DNA of 64,000 nucleotides from Tubiluchus corallicola (Eukaryota; Animalia; Priapulida): NCBI GenBank assembly GCA_030141605.1, contig JAQGDQ010000438.1, positions 36,130 to 100,129 of the forward strand, read 5' to 3'. Shown piece by piece: positions 1 to 13,035 of this stretch (position 1 is its first letter; each line of letters starts with the position of its first letter). The notes under the pieces were generated by a model. It saw only the letters and a program-made list of their open reading frames with translations, ran no database searches and was not told where the DNA came from. The position numbers and the translations under genes were made by a program.

Positions 1-557
1 TTTTACATTTCATTGCAGCTGAGAAGGAGTAGCGAAAGACCTAGTGGTCACTTGATCAGCTGCCCCTTATTAAAAACACAAGTTTACTCACAGGCTCATG
101 ACATTTTTTAGGTGTTCGTGTATATATAAAAGGCAAAAGCAACAAAAATCAACTCAAAGCAGAAATGCAATTCAAAGCATAACAAGGAATAACATCAAGC
201 AAAAAATTAATGAAATTCAATCTAGAGGAAAAAATAATATCAAACAAAAAAAAGCAACAAAAATCTACTCAAAGCAAAAATGCAATTCCACTCAGAATAA
301 AAGGAAGTTATCACAAGCAATGCAAAACGAAATTTAACTCATAGCAAAAAATTATATCTAACAAAATGAAACTCAAAGCGAAAATTTTATAAAGCAAAAT
401 CAATTCAACTGAAGGTAAAAGAATTTGTCAAAACTGTCTGGTACTCTTGCACCCTTAGCAGCGTTAATCTATCTTGTCGTTTTCATTGGTCTTCCCTTTT
501 CACGATTTGTGATCAACGTCTTCGAGTACGTCATGTTGCTTGTAAGTCTACAACATA

Positions 558-1516
558 CCGTAAAACGGGGTGAGTTCGCCACCCGAGGGTGAGTTCGCCA
601 CCCCTTACGTAATGGCCATTGTAGGTTTGCTGTAACTATTGTTCAGTGTTTAATGAACAGATATCATGATCACCGTCATTATAAACAGTTTGCGACAGTT
701 ATCTTCTTTCAATTCGCACTAGAAGTATTCCATTCTGCGCTACATATTATTTGTCTACTATTTCTTGCTACTTAACATGCCATGCACCTGCACCCCTGTA
801 CCGGGTCATAGATACCCCAGAAGCTCTGGAAGCTGCCCTACACGCCGTCAAGAATACCAACAGGACAATCAGCGCAGCGGCGAGGCAATTCGGAGTTCCA
901 AGAAAGACCCTTTCTGACAAACTCTCAGGAACTCATCCGCGGAAGACCGGAGGTCAGCCAGTGTTCTCCGCCGCCGAGGAGCACGAAATCGCCAACACTC
1001 CAAGTGGTCACTGAATGGGGGTTCCCAATGACTGCCATCGATCTCCGACTACTGATTAAGAGTGTTCTTGACGCGAAGGGGATCCAGGAACGACGATTCA
1101 AGGCAAACACCCCTGGAATAGACTTTGTCAAATCATTCGCCCGAAGGAACAATCTGGTTTTCGGAGTGGCTGGCAACATCAAGGGCGCCCGCGCGAAGAT
1201 CAGTGCACACGACGTTCAAGCCTTCCTTGCCAACGTAGAAGTTTCTATTTGAAAACTAAAACTACACATTTTTCATAATTTTTTCATAGGGTGGCGAACT
1301 CACCCCCAACCAGCCAATCACAACCAGTTAACTTCAGCTGCCTAGAATGGCATTAACCAGTATTAAATTGCTAGTGGCGAATTCACCCCACGATAGTGTT
1401 TCATTCGAAAGGCAATATAAAGTTTGAACTAAAAAAATCGGTTGGGTAATTCTCTTGCTATGGCAAGAAACGTAAAAAATACCCCTAAAAAGTGGCGAAC
1501 TCACCCCGTTTTACGG
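558..1516 (+). mobile_element. Internally deleted pogo/Tigger-type DNA transposon (non-autonomous)
   Basis: Perfect 25-bp TIRs (CCGTAAAACGGGGTGAGTTCGCCAC at 558-582, reverse complement at 1492-1516) flanked by TA on both sides; subterminal copies of GGGTGAGTTCGCCAC; internal transposase N-terminus. Confidence 0.9.
751..1252 (+). pseudogene. Frameshifted, truncated pogo transposase (psq-type HTH plus CENP-B-type HTH, no DDE domain)
   Basis: ORF 751-1014 has ISAAARQFGVPRKTLSDKL (HTH_psq-like); overlapping ORF 1004-1252 has WGFPMT...FVKSFARRN (CENP-B HTH-like); ends before the catalytic domain. Confidence 0.8.
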
Positions 1517-3420
1517 TAAATAACTCGATGCAAGTGTAGAAAACTAACATTTGAAATTAAGCCGGTACTCGCCTAAGTCGGGTGGGCGGCCTGGAACCTT
1601 TACACTTTGCTACTAGATGGAGGTAAAATGCATTCACTCTCTTTCTCACATACTGAAGGAAAGTGAATCTATTTTACCTTCGTCTAGTAACAATGTAAAG
1701 AAGAAGAACGTGGTCTTTTATGGCTCACCACATTGATGGTCCGTCAGCAAATGACATCATGGTGACTGCATGGTTGTAGCCGAAGAAGAGGCACTGAGAT
1801 TGGATGCAACTTCTGATCGTGTGGAGCATTTGAGACGTCACCAAACAGTCTATAATGATGAGGGTTTAGGGATACCGCAGGGTATCCACTTGGGTCTGGA
1901 AAATATGCATTTTTCTCCAATGCATCGTTTCGCTGTAATTGAATGTCTTTTGTACCCAACAAATCCTAACACTTTGTATACTCAAGACTTGTAAAGGTTC
2001 AATAAGTAACAGACTAATTACATAACTATCATTATAATAGCAGCATTTTTGTTACATAATGTTGCATTGTTACAAGGTGAATCTTAACAATACCACTTAA
2101 CTACATGAAGGAAATGATGGGATTGATGGACGTGAAGGAATCTGAATTTTATGGATGAATGAATAAAACAACCAAATAATATGCAAGTCTTTTAGCTGCA
2201 AAATGCAGGAAAAAGCAAAACATTTCTTGAATCAAAGTCGCAGAACACAATGTATTAACATACCATTTTAAACAATTTACACTTTTAGAAACTATAATTA
2301 AATTATTTTATTTATCTCAGCAGTTAACTTCACTTCAAAAGTGAAAGACATTTTAAATAAGAAAACTAACACGTCATAATGTGTGCATAGTCGTGTCACA
2401 AAAAATTAAGAAATTAAAGGGATTACAAAGAACATTTTATTCAGCGTCAGTTTTTAGCCTTACTGCTTAAGTAGGGGTTGCATAACTTATCATACATACT
2501 AGGTCTTTCTAATATGAAGATTAAATTTAATGTTCACAGTTGCTCACATTTAAACTTACAGGTTGTTACAATGTTGCTAGCAAATTATTTTAACCTCAAA
2601 CAAATGTATGACTCTTCAATGAACAAAACCTGTGATTTTAAAATAGATGCACAGTTATGAAGAAACTCTAAAGGTAACTGCTAAGACACTGATAAATAAA
2701 GTAGAATACAGGTGAGGTTCTTTTTATATCTCATAAACTTTATTTTCTGAATTGGTAATGATACCATACATTGCTCTCTCTCTCTCTCTCTCTGTCAAGT
2801 CACATGCTTACAATGTGATGTGTAAAAACCAACTGCCCAGGTAAAATTTTCCATGAAGTAAAAGGAAGTCAGCAATTCAATGAAGGTAACTGTTATGCAT
2901 ACTAGTTCAAGGATGAAAGTTTAGACGGTATACAAAGAAATCAACTTATTTTATGGCTGAAATTTCTTGTACGGGATTTTAATTTAATATTTTAACAAGA
3001 GAATGTAATAATATGACTATTGATAATGATTACAAACTAATAATTAATAATGAATAAGATCAAGAACTCGTGAGCTCCACGGCAACAGTTACCTATTAAT
3101 GTTACCAAAATGACACACTAGACAAATTTTTATTATTATAATTCTTTATTTAAAATTTAAAATTGTAGGCATATACAAATATTTACATAAAATACATACA
3201 GGGACCCTCTATTTGCAGGGTATGGTTAAAAAACTTTGTAAATAAAATAGCTGTTATATTCGCAAGACTTTTAAATACCAATAAATGAACAACTAAAATC
3301 GAATAGTACCAATTTTCACAAAGTTACACAAAACGACCTGTATAATATAAAAGTGACAGATATAATATAAAAGTTCAATATTTTATACTAAAGTTTGTAA
3401 AAACGAATCACAAACTAACT

Positions 3421-4146
<726 letters not shown>

Positions 4147-4788
4147 AAGTTTTTTGCAATGATGTATCTCTGATTACTTAATGTCAGTTAGTTACATATT
4201 AAATCAGGCCAAAATTAAAAAATAATATAACAGAGGTTAAACTAGATGAGTGCCCTTCGTTTGATATATGATCAGCAAGAATGCTGCAGCTGTCGCTTAT
4301 ATATATATATATATATATTTGATAAATAAATTGTTTATTTATTTATTTATTCGGAAATGCAAATATATAATATATAGAAACAATGGGAAAAATATTCAGT
4401 TAATAATAATGATTTGACCTGACAGCATGCATATAGTCAATGGCAACCATAAGTGAAAATTTGTTTGGTTTTTGTGCCATTGTAAGCACTTTCAAATAAT
4501 AATTGATAAAAGGAGAAAATCACACACAATCCAACCGAAATTGTAAGTACAACATAAAGTATAAAACTAAACATTAATATGTTAAAAACTGTATAAATAA
4601 TAACTTAATATTTGCTGTTTCTTGTGTCACTCTTTATCAGCGATTTCACAGGTTTAAGGAGTTAGAAAATAATTTTAATTTCGTTAAATTTCTCATATTT
4701 CATTAAACTCAAGAATTATGTATAAACAACTGTTGTAATGATAACAATTGTTGACAGAATTTACAGTTGCATGGATCATAATGGTTCA

Positions 4789-5256
4789 CTACTGTGCATC
4801 GGCTTGACAAAGATAGTAGTGAGCTTTTGTACAATAGAAGTCATCCCAGGCGAAATGTTCATCAATCCACCAAAATCGTAAACAATGTTGAGTACTATTG
4901 TAGTTATCAAAGTTAGTAGCTAACTTGTTGCTAATGACTGGCTGACCATTAGACACCCATATCCAGTCACCTTCTCGGTGTTGATCAGTTCCACCAATCC
5001 AGACATTGTCGTCAATATTTCTTATGTAGATTTTTAGGAAATGATTTTCTGCATTGGTTTCAACTGTTGCCAATTCACCTCCTGCTATTTTGCACTTTAC
5101 CACGGCACCCCACCAATGAATCTGAGTTTGGGAAAGCAAGTAGCAACGTCCATTGTTATATTCCCAACCAATTGGACAACATGCTGTCTGATTCATTTCA
5201 GTGTCTGCTCTTGAGCGTTGCAGAGCAACTAACAGCAATAGTAATGCCTTGTTCAT
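4789..5256 (-). CDS. Secreted single-domain C-type lectin (perlucin-like), intronless, 155 aa
   Basis: Hydrophobic signal MNKALLLLLVALQRSRA from ATG at 5256; CTLD motifs CPIGW, RCY, WIGGTD, EGDWIW, HCL, WDD.YC...YLC with the conserved cysteines. Confidence 0.9.
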   Translation of the reverse strand: MNKALLLLLVALQRSRADTEMNQTACCPIGWEYNNGRCYLLSQTQIHWWGAVVKCKIAGGELATVETNAENHFLKIYIRNIDDNVWIGGTDQHREGDWIWVSNGQPVISNKLATNFDNYNSTQHCLRFWWIDEHFAWDDFYCTKAHYYLCQADAQ

Positions 5257-6598
5257 TGAGAATGCTTGAGGTTTTTTATTCGTTATTTCACCCAATTTGT
5301 CTCACTGTAGGTTTAAATGAATATATAATGTATATATATATATATATATAGAATATACATAGACGATCCATTAAATATAAACGTCGTACACCTTCATTAA
5401 GAGATGAACTCAAAATTTGCTCAAACGGCTTGCAAAGAGTAGGTATAATAATAATAGTCTAATTCTATCAGAGTGCGTGGTGTGATCGCGCAGGTTATTG
5501 TGACGTCATGCTTTGTCATACGACTGCCTTACCATGGCGACAAAAGATTCTTTTACAGATCTGGTGGATTCTACGATTTGTGTAACATTCTAAGATTTCT
5601 TTCACTTGCTTGCAAAACATTCGCATTTTCTGAATTACATACAATGAACTGCTATCGTTTCATAGACCTTGCTTTCCTTTTTCTGCTGGTTGCTGTGCTT
5701 AATACTGGAAATGTACAGACAACTGATACCGTAGAGTTCTTTCCACGCTGTACAAGATACGTTCGTGAAAATGGCGTATATCAAGTCGAGTGTTCGTTTG
5801 ATTTTTTGACAGTATTTAATGAAACAATGTGGCAGAAGCTGTTCTTCTCACGAGTGAAGTGATTACAGTCAATCACTTGTGACTGACCCACGTTAACAAG
5901 CTAGGCTCTTCCTGTGATTACTGTCTTCTGGTGAACACTTTCAATGTACAACTCCAGTTCTCACAAGTTTTTGTTAACGTTTCAAAAGGAATCTTATACA
6001 CACCAAGAAATGTATATACATGAAAATATATATTAACAAAGTTTGTAATGCAACCAAATCATATGTTTATCAGAACACCAACACACAGAAATCAGTTGTG
6101 TTCGATTTAGACGTATAGTAAATAAATTAAATTTTGAAGTCTCACATTCCGTGGGCCAGGCCTTTTGCAAACATTGTAATTTGGCATAATTTCAGTCTAA
6201 TATAAAAAAGCACTATATTCGTATTTTGTAATCCAAATAACATTATCTCATTAAAAGTCTCACATCTCATACATACTACTGCGCCACATCCAGGAGGAAC
6301 CTAAAGAGGTTTCGGAGTTTGTAAGTTCTTTGTAACTTACTTCTCTTCGTTTTTTTGTTATTTTCGGTAATGTGTTAATGTTTAGGATTAAGAGATAATC
6401 ATTAGTCGTAAGAAATGCTGCTTTTGGAATACATTCATTTGCAAAAGTTTAAGACCAAAGTGATTTTTTCATGAAACTTGACAAACCCATCGTTTAACAC
6501 GGTTCTATCTAAAAACTATTCATTTATTCTTTTAGAGAAATATACTACAGCATAGTTTGTATGTTTTTATCCAAAAGTAGTCACAGTCATTGAAGATT

Positions 6599-6830
6599 TT
6601 AGTACTTTGTATGGCCGCCGAAGTTGTCAATCACTGCCTTCATTTTAAGAGGCATACTGGAAATTAGGTTTTGGCAGTACTCGGAAGTAATTTCTTTAAC
6701 CCAAACATCCTTGATAACTCTTCGCAAGTCTTCACCACTTGATGGCTGCCTGTCTGCCACGCTATCCTTCAGTATCTCTCAGAAATTCTCTATCGGATTG
6801 AGGTCCGGGCTGTTTCCAGGCCATTCTGTA
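6599..6830 (-). mobile_element. Tc1-family transposase C-terminal fragment
   Basis: Minus strand reads WPGNSPDLNPIEN...GGHTKY*, the Tc1 catalytic-end and C-terminal motifs; contains an internal stop. Confidence 0.85.
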
Positions 6831-7074
6831 GAACTGCATATAAACAACCTAATGCAAGGTGAAGCTCACTAGTCTTAGTTGTCCACGCACTTAGTAATGT
6901 GTTTATTGGTTTTATTGGATGAACCGTGTACTATCCGTTACTTTCTTTATGTTGTCAGTTCTTCTCACATTGGTATTCTTGCTAAACCTTGGTTATGACG
7001 TCACTTGAAGATCTTGAATAAAAAAATTTCCCAAGACAAACAGCTTGGCTTCAGCAACGTAGCAGGCTTCAGCA

Positions 7075-7400
7075 ATGAAGCTATTACTAATAACAAATTC
7101 GGCAACAATTCTATCACTAAACAAGGAGTTCAACTTTGGAATACCCTGACATCAAATTTAACACAAATCTCGTCTTTCAACGAATTCAAATCAAAATTAA
7201 AAATACATACATTAAATCGTTTTGAAAATCCTACATACGTAAACGATAATATATATTCATCCACAAATTTTATTTACCTACATCCATTTTAAATTATATG
7301 TATATATTGTATATAGCCTATTATAATTTGCGTGTAACATTATAATGTATATTTTGTTTTAAATTTTTGGCACAGTAGTTTTTAGTTTGCACTGGACGCA
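7075..7400 (+). mobile_element. LINE (CR1/L2-like) ORF2 3' end and 3' UTR fragment
   Basis: FGNNSITKQGVQLWNTL...FNEFKSKLK resembles the C-terminus of CR1/L2 ORF2; the UTR (7310-7400) recurs at about 54670-54765. Confidence 0.6.
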
Positions 7401-8399
7401 TTATTACATTTTAATACATTTCTATTGCATTTTTATTAATCTTTTTACAAATCCGTATGTGTGTTTGATACGTGTTTAATGCTTTTAATTTCGAACTTCC
7501 CATTAGGCAACGTGTATATGTATATATTATATGTATCTATCTATCTACGGTGCAGCATCTACTTGCAGACAGTCCAAACTGTATAAGAAATTGCAGTTAC
7601 ATTTACAGAATGTTTGTGACGTCACAGGTCAAGGTGTTTCTGCACTTGATAAACCGGTTTTGAACTAACAATTTGAAAATTATAAAAATCAACAAAAATT
7701 GCAACCAATTTTATTATACCATAACTGATGAATAAACCTTCTACAAGCTCTAGCTCCTCAAACGTTAACTATAATATGCTTAAAACCATAAATCCCTGAA
7801 TCCAAAAATAAATATGTCTAAAGAATATAGTTAGCTAATTATTAACTAAAAATTTTATAAAGTGTTTATAGGTGATTCTATGATGGTATGTTTTGACAAA
7901 TCTTGTATTTTTCTAGAAATTTTGACTGTCCGAAGAATTAATATACAGTTAGCTAATTATTACCAAGAAATTAACCAAGGTTTTTATAGATGATTCTATG
8001 ATGGTAGGTTTTGACAAATCTCGTATCTTTCCGGAAATTTTGACTCATATTTGATATAAAAATATCATCCACTAATTTGGTAGATTTCTACCTACTTTAA
8101 ACTAAACTAACAAAGATAGGTGTATAATTTTAACGCTACTGCAACCTCCAAAACCGTCTATTATCACACAAAAACTTTTTTTCATTTATTTAGACTTAGA
8201 AAGACGTAAGTTAGTAGGGTACATATTTTTCTATCATTTACGTGTGATTCAACAGATCTTGGGAATTTGTATCAATTCTGCTGGTATCAAAAAACCGGAA
8301 AGAAAAATCAGGATAGTCCAGGCTCAGTTCCGACTCGCACATGTCAAAGGTTTATTGGTTTTGTGATTCCAGGTTCTTTTCTTTTCGTCTTTTTCTTCC

Positions 8400-9565
8400 T
8401 CATTCGATTAATGTTTTGCACATATCAAACCCTAACTTGTAAATACAACAAATTGCATATGTAGTGAGGTTATATTCCTTTGAATTCTTGAAGTTTCGCA
8501 TCACATTCTGACAACGAGCCATATTTAAGCATTTCTCGCAATATATCGCTCCCCCACGGTCAGCCTTGCCTTCGCAGTGTCCGCCATGATTTATTTGCAG
8601 CAGATACAGTTGTCTGACGCAATCCATGTATACGGAGGGGTTACGGGCACAAACCTGGGAAAAGAATGGGTCTGGTCCAGGAGTGCGAAGCCTGCTACAA
8701 CTTGCGCAAATTTCTCTCGGTTCGTCAACGCATTGCAACTTATTGCAACATCTGCTGTATGCTGTCCAGAATTTACTGTTGACCTCTCTTGATTCAAGCA
8801 TTGCACAGCCATAGCAAGCATTTGATAATTGATTAGTTGGATTGTGTTCGCATTTTCCAGTTGATGTCACACCGCGCTTCTCCGATTACTGCACTTGTTT
8901 CGTGCATTCCCGGCGGTAAGTTGGAAAACTGCAACTGTAATGTATACGCTCAAATCAAAGTTGCGTTCCCATATCTATGTAGTTTACTCTGCAAAAATAC
9001 AAATTTCCTATAGTCTACAATTACTACATCTACAAATCTACTGAAACAAGTGCAAGAAAATAAGTGCTACAGATTACTACATTACACTAAAAAAGCTAAA
9101 ATGCATACATACATTGTTGGTCCAATATTGAGCCGAGAAAAAGCCAGAATGTCAGTAAAAGGTAACAGTATAAATTAAAAGCCAAATTTCAAATGCAACA
9201 AAGACGTGTGTACATGACAAGTTCCTCCTATACAATGTCAGAGTAGAAAAAGTAGTCTATAGAGGTTGAGCTACAGTCTAATATATTATGGCTTCTAATG
9301 CATATTCTACCTTGAGAAGAGGTAATGGACCAAAACATTTGCACCTGCAACAGCAACATTTAGCAAGGATGTCCCAATCAACATCTTCAGACTTTTTCTT
9401 AGTTTGACTTATAAACTTCATGCAATTCTGGCATTCTTGCATCACATCGTTGGGTGGGTCTTTAACACAGTATCCTAATACATTAGGGTCAGTATCTGCT
9501 ATTGCAGTCAGCACTGCTACATGCACGAATACCAGAACAAATAGCAATGTAGCAGACGTCGTCAT
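8400..9565 (-). pseudogene. Cys-rich secreted multi-module protein, copy 1 (disrupted)
   Basis: Homologous to copies at 13816-14571 and 21610-22356; interrupted by a solo LTR (8936-9352) inside the Cys-Cys codons; in-frame TAA at 8886-8888 where copy 3 has TTG. Confidence 0.9.
8936..9352. mobile_element. Solo LTR, 417 bp
   Basis: TGT...ACA termini; 5-bp TSD GCAAC (8931-8935 and 9353-9357); the paralogous copies show the empty site; second family copy at 52901-53314. Confidence 0.9.
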
Positions 9566-9855
9566 CTTTGATGTAGCCTAAAACAAAATAAGATATTTTA
9601 ACATTCAACTTAGGACCCAATTGCGCAAAAGTAAAAAAATAAGACGTGATAACCGGATAAAAATGGAGCAATTTTAGCCTACAATTTAAAATTCTAATGT
9701 AACAGGAAACCCGAAACAGGAAATGTAACATTGGGATCTACTTGTCAAAACCTTAAAAATATACAAATAAATTTTACAATGTATCAAAACAATAAAAATA
9801 CACTTATAAACGGTGCACAAACAAGGCAAAACAACTGCTTCTCTCATCTTAAAAT

Positions 9856-9909
<54 letters not shown>

Positions 9910-9927
9910 CCCCTTTCTCTCTCCAAA

Positions 9928-10010
9928 CAGGTGCAACAAATACTACAATTGCAGCAATGGCAGCAGAGTTAACATTGTCTACAAGTGCAACAAGTGCTAC
10001 AATCGCAACA
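9928..10010. repeat. 54-bp minisatellite, unit 1 (about 1.5 copies)
   Basis: Same motif as 14938-18160. Confidence 0.85.
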
Positions 10011-10893
10011 GAGGGAACCTTGCCAAAAGAAGTTAATTACTGCTGAAAAGGAATTTTAATACGAGAAACTTCCAACTCACCTGACATACAATTAATTATG
10101 AATTACTAATCAGATCAGAAAACTACTTCTTTAGCCTAGTTTTACCTGCCCTCAGCTCTTTAGCTAACGTATATCTGGAACATATGCCCTATTATGTGAA
10201 ACAAGGTTATAGAAAGTTTAAATAGAGTAAAATAAAATAACGTTCTAAATAATACAATGCACAAAGAATTTTGCAAGACAATCCATATTTAGTGTGAAAG
10301 TTTTATAAAAAAAAATTAAACTGTGATTATCACATTAACTGCACCTTGTGAAAATAAGACAAACGAGACGCATTTCTCAAACAAGTTAAAAAGAGGTTTA
10401 CTTTACTCACTAAGTTCATCTTTAAATGTTTATTTCCTCTTGTTGCTATGTATATCATGACCGTTGTGCCAGCGTCCACAAAAGTGCTCAATTCTGGTTC
10501 TCCTTTTATAGTAGGCAGAGACGAAAAGTCACCCTTAACTCTTTCACCTTAGCATTCATTGTCTAAAGGCAACTTGACTAACTCACAGAATAAACTTTCA
10601 GAAGTCGCATTTAAGGTGAGAATGTCACCTTTTACCTGTTTGCGTTTTTTGCTTGTTTCCACAAACGAAGTGATTAAAGTCAGTCATGTACAGTCGTAAA
10701 CAAGCCATGACCTTCCAGTGACCACTGACTCCAGGTTAATAATTTTCATGTTTAACTCACCTTCTTACAAGCTTACATTAATAAATTTCATAAACTTTAT
10801 ACGTAATGACATATATTAAAAAATAGTTTGTACATTAGAGTAGTTCAAGTTTGTTTTAGAAAAACGAAACAAAGGAATCAATTGTTTTCCATT

Positions 10894-11190
10894 TATCATC
10901 ATCATCCAATGAATCACACGTCCAGTGACATGATTCTGCTCACCTCCCTATGCCAGGACTCCCTAATCACCGCAATGCCCCAAAGTAGATTTATTTCTAA
11001 GGATCAATGCTGAAGTGTTTAAATCTTTCTGTGCAAAATCTAAACATGTTAACATTTGTCCTCCTGCAGGATTTTTTTAGCTGGTTCTATGACTTGCTGA
11101 AGAGCTATCTTCACTGGAATATCATCAGGTAGTGTAAGCATATGTCCAATCCATCTTAAACGGCGTCTTTTTTATTTTCCTTGTCCTTAC
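10894..11190 (-). mobile_element. RTE-clade LINE 3' fragment (also at about 19013-19215 and 24126-24430)
   Basis: RRRLRWIGHMLTLPDDIPVKIAL...KKPAGGQ resembles RTE ORF C-terminus; (GAT)n tail; longer copy at 59610-60098. Confidence 0.8.
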
Positions 11191-12051
11191 AGCCATTACA
11201 ATGTTTTAGCAGTGACAATAAACTTATGGACGACTTCTGACAATGTTTTTGTAGCAACAATCAACCCTTGCCATTGTAGAAGAACAATGATATGCAATGA
11301 AGGCCTGGCAGAGTGAATGTTACAGAATATATTGGCCAATAAAATGGTCTCTAAAATCCAGATTTTGGTTAAGATTTGCAGATTTTTTTTAAATCACGAA
11401 CCAGAAAATTTAGCTAGGTCTACAATCTTACAGTAAAAGTGCGTTTATGAAGAATTGGTTATTTTGCTTTGAGTTTCGTTTATTTAATGACTTTAGCATC
11501 TCCATGGGATATTTGAAATTGTGAAGTAATTAGCTTTTCAATAAACGTAGATAGATTAACTTCATTATTAATGGAAAGTTTATTAATAACTTTGAAATCT
11601 AAAATGATAAAAAATGTCACACAAAGTCAATCCTTGGTGTGATCGATTACTTGAAATATTTGTGACATGTTTTTAGCGTTTTATTATTTTTGATAATTTA
11701 TCAAAATTGTAACTCTGAATTACACTGCAAGTGCCTGAATAAACTGATTTTGATTAACATCAGGGTTGGTTACAGGTTTTCTCCCTTTCAGGATAAACCC
11801 AGTGTAGGCCCAGAAATTTGCTTTAGCTCTCAATGTTTGGTTCTTACTAATAAATTTATTGCTGTGCCAGAATCTACATAAATGCTCAATTCTGTCTCTA
11901 ACTCACTGCGAGAAGTCACCTTTAAGTCCTTTTGCTGTGTAAAAGCAGCTTGATTAATTTACAGAGTAACTTACAGAAATAAAATGGATGCCGAAACTAC
12001 GTAATTAAAGTGATTTGAAGTCGCACTTCAAGTAAAGATGTCGTTTCTTAC

Positions 12052-12114
12052 CTGTTTGTGTTTTTTGTTACATCCTACAAATGGAGTGATTAAACTCAAT
12101 CACGTACATTTATA
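12052..12114 (-). promoter_or_regulatory. Candidate TATA promoter and short non-coding first exon of the Cys-rich gene (second copy at 20088-20150)
   Basis: Minus strand: TATAAA (12109-12114), CCATTT about 30 nt downstream, then CAG/GTAAGA donor at 12052/12051; matching acceptor TTTTAG lies 12 nt before each ATG. Confidence 0.5.
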
Positions 12115-12486
12115 CCGACGTAAACAGGCTACACCCTTCCAGTGACCACTGGCTCCTTGGTTAAATGTTCTGATGTTGCAACACAAAACCAATAGGACGA
12201 TTTACCAACTCATGCAGCACAAAAATATGGGACGATTTACCAACTCATACAGCACAAAAACAATGAGACGATTTACCAACTCATGCATTTAAAATGACAA
12301 ATGTCAAAAAATTTAAAATCTTTTGTTAATTAAAACGCATCCTTATAAAGATACCTATAATTTTCACTGATTTATAGGCCACAGTAGTTCATTACATTTT
12401 TATTGAATTTTTATTAATTTTTTTACAAATCCATGTGTGTATGATACGTGTTTAATGCTGTTAATTTCAAACTTCCCATTAGGCAA

Positions 12487-12490
12487 AGTG

Positions 12491-12522
<32 letters not shown>

Positions 12523-13035
12523 TGTATGTATGTATGTATGTATGTATGTATGTATGTATGTATGTATGTATGTATGTATGTATGTTTGTATGTATGTATG
12601 TATGTATGTATGTATGTATGTATGTATGTATGTATGTATGTATGTATGTATGTATGTATGTATGTATGTATGTATGTATGTATGTATGTATGTATGTATG
12701 TATGTATGTATGTATGTATGTATGTATGTATGTATATACATATATGAATGTATGTATGTATGTATGTATGTATGTATGTATGTATATACATATATGAATG
12801 TTTGTATGTATGTATGTATGTATGTATGTATGTATGTATGTATGTATGTGTGTATGTATGTATGTATGTATGTATGTATGTATGTATGTATGTATGTATG
12901 TATGTATGTATGTATGTATGTATGTATGTATATACATATATGAATGTATGTATGTATGTATGTATGTATGTATGTATGTATGTATGTATGTATGTATGTA
13001 TGTATGTATGTATGTATGTATGTATGTATGTATAT
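12487..13035. repeat. (TATG)n microsatellite
   Basis: Direct inspection; much shorter in units 1 and 3. Confidence 0.99.

Noticed and set aside
98-420. K/Q/N-rich 79-aa ORF
   Set aside because: Degenerate A-rich short repeats (ACTCAAAGCAAAA) explain the frame
1744-1994. Overlapping 72-74 aa ORFs in a moderately GC-rich patch
   Set aside because: No recognisable domain or partner exons; a terminal exon cannot be excluded but is unsupported
4789-5295. ORF-track start at 5295 for the lectin
   Set aside because: That start is TTG; the ATG at 5256 begins a proper signal peptide
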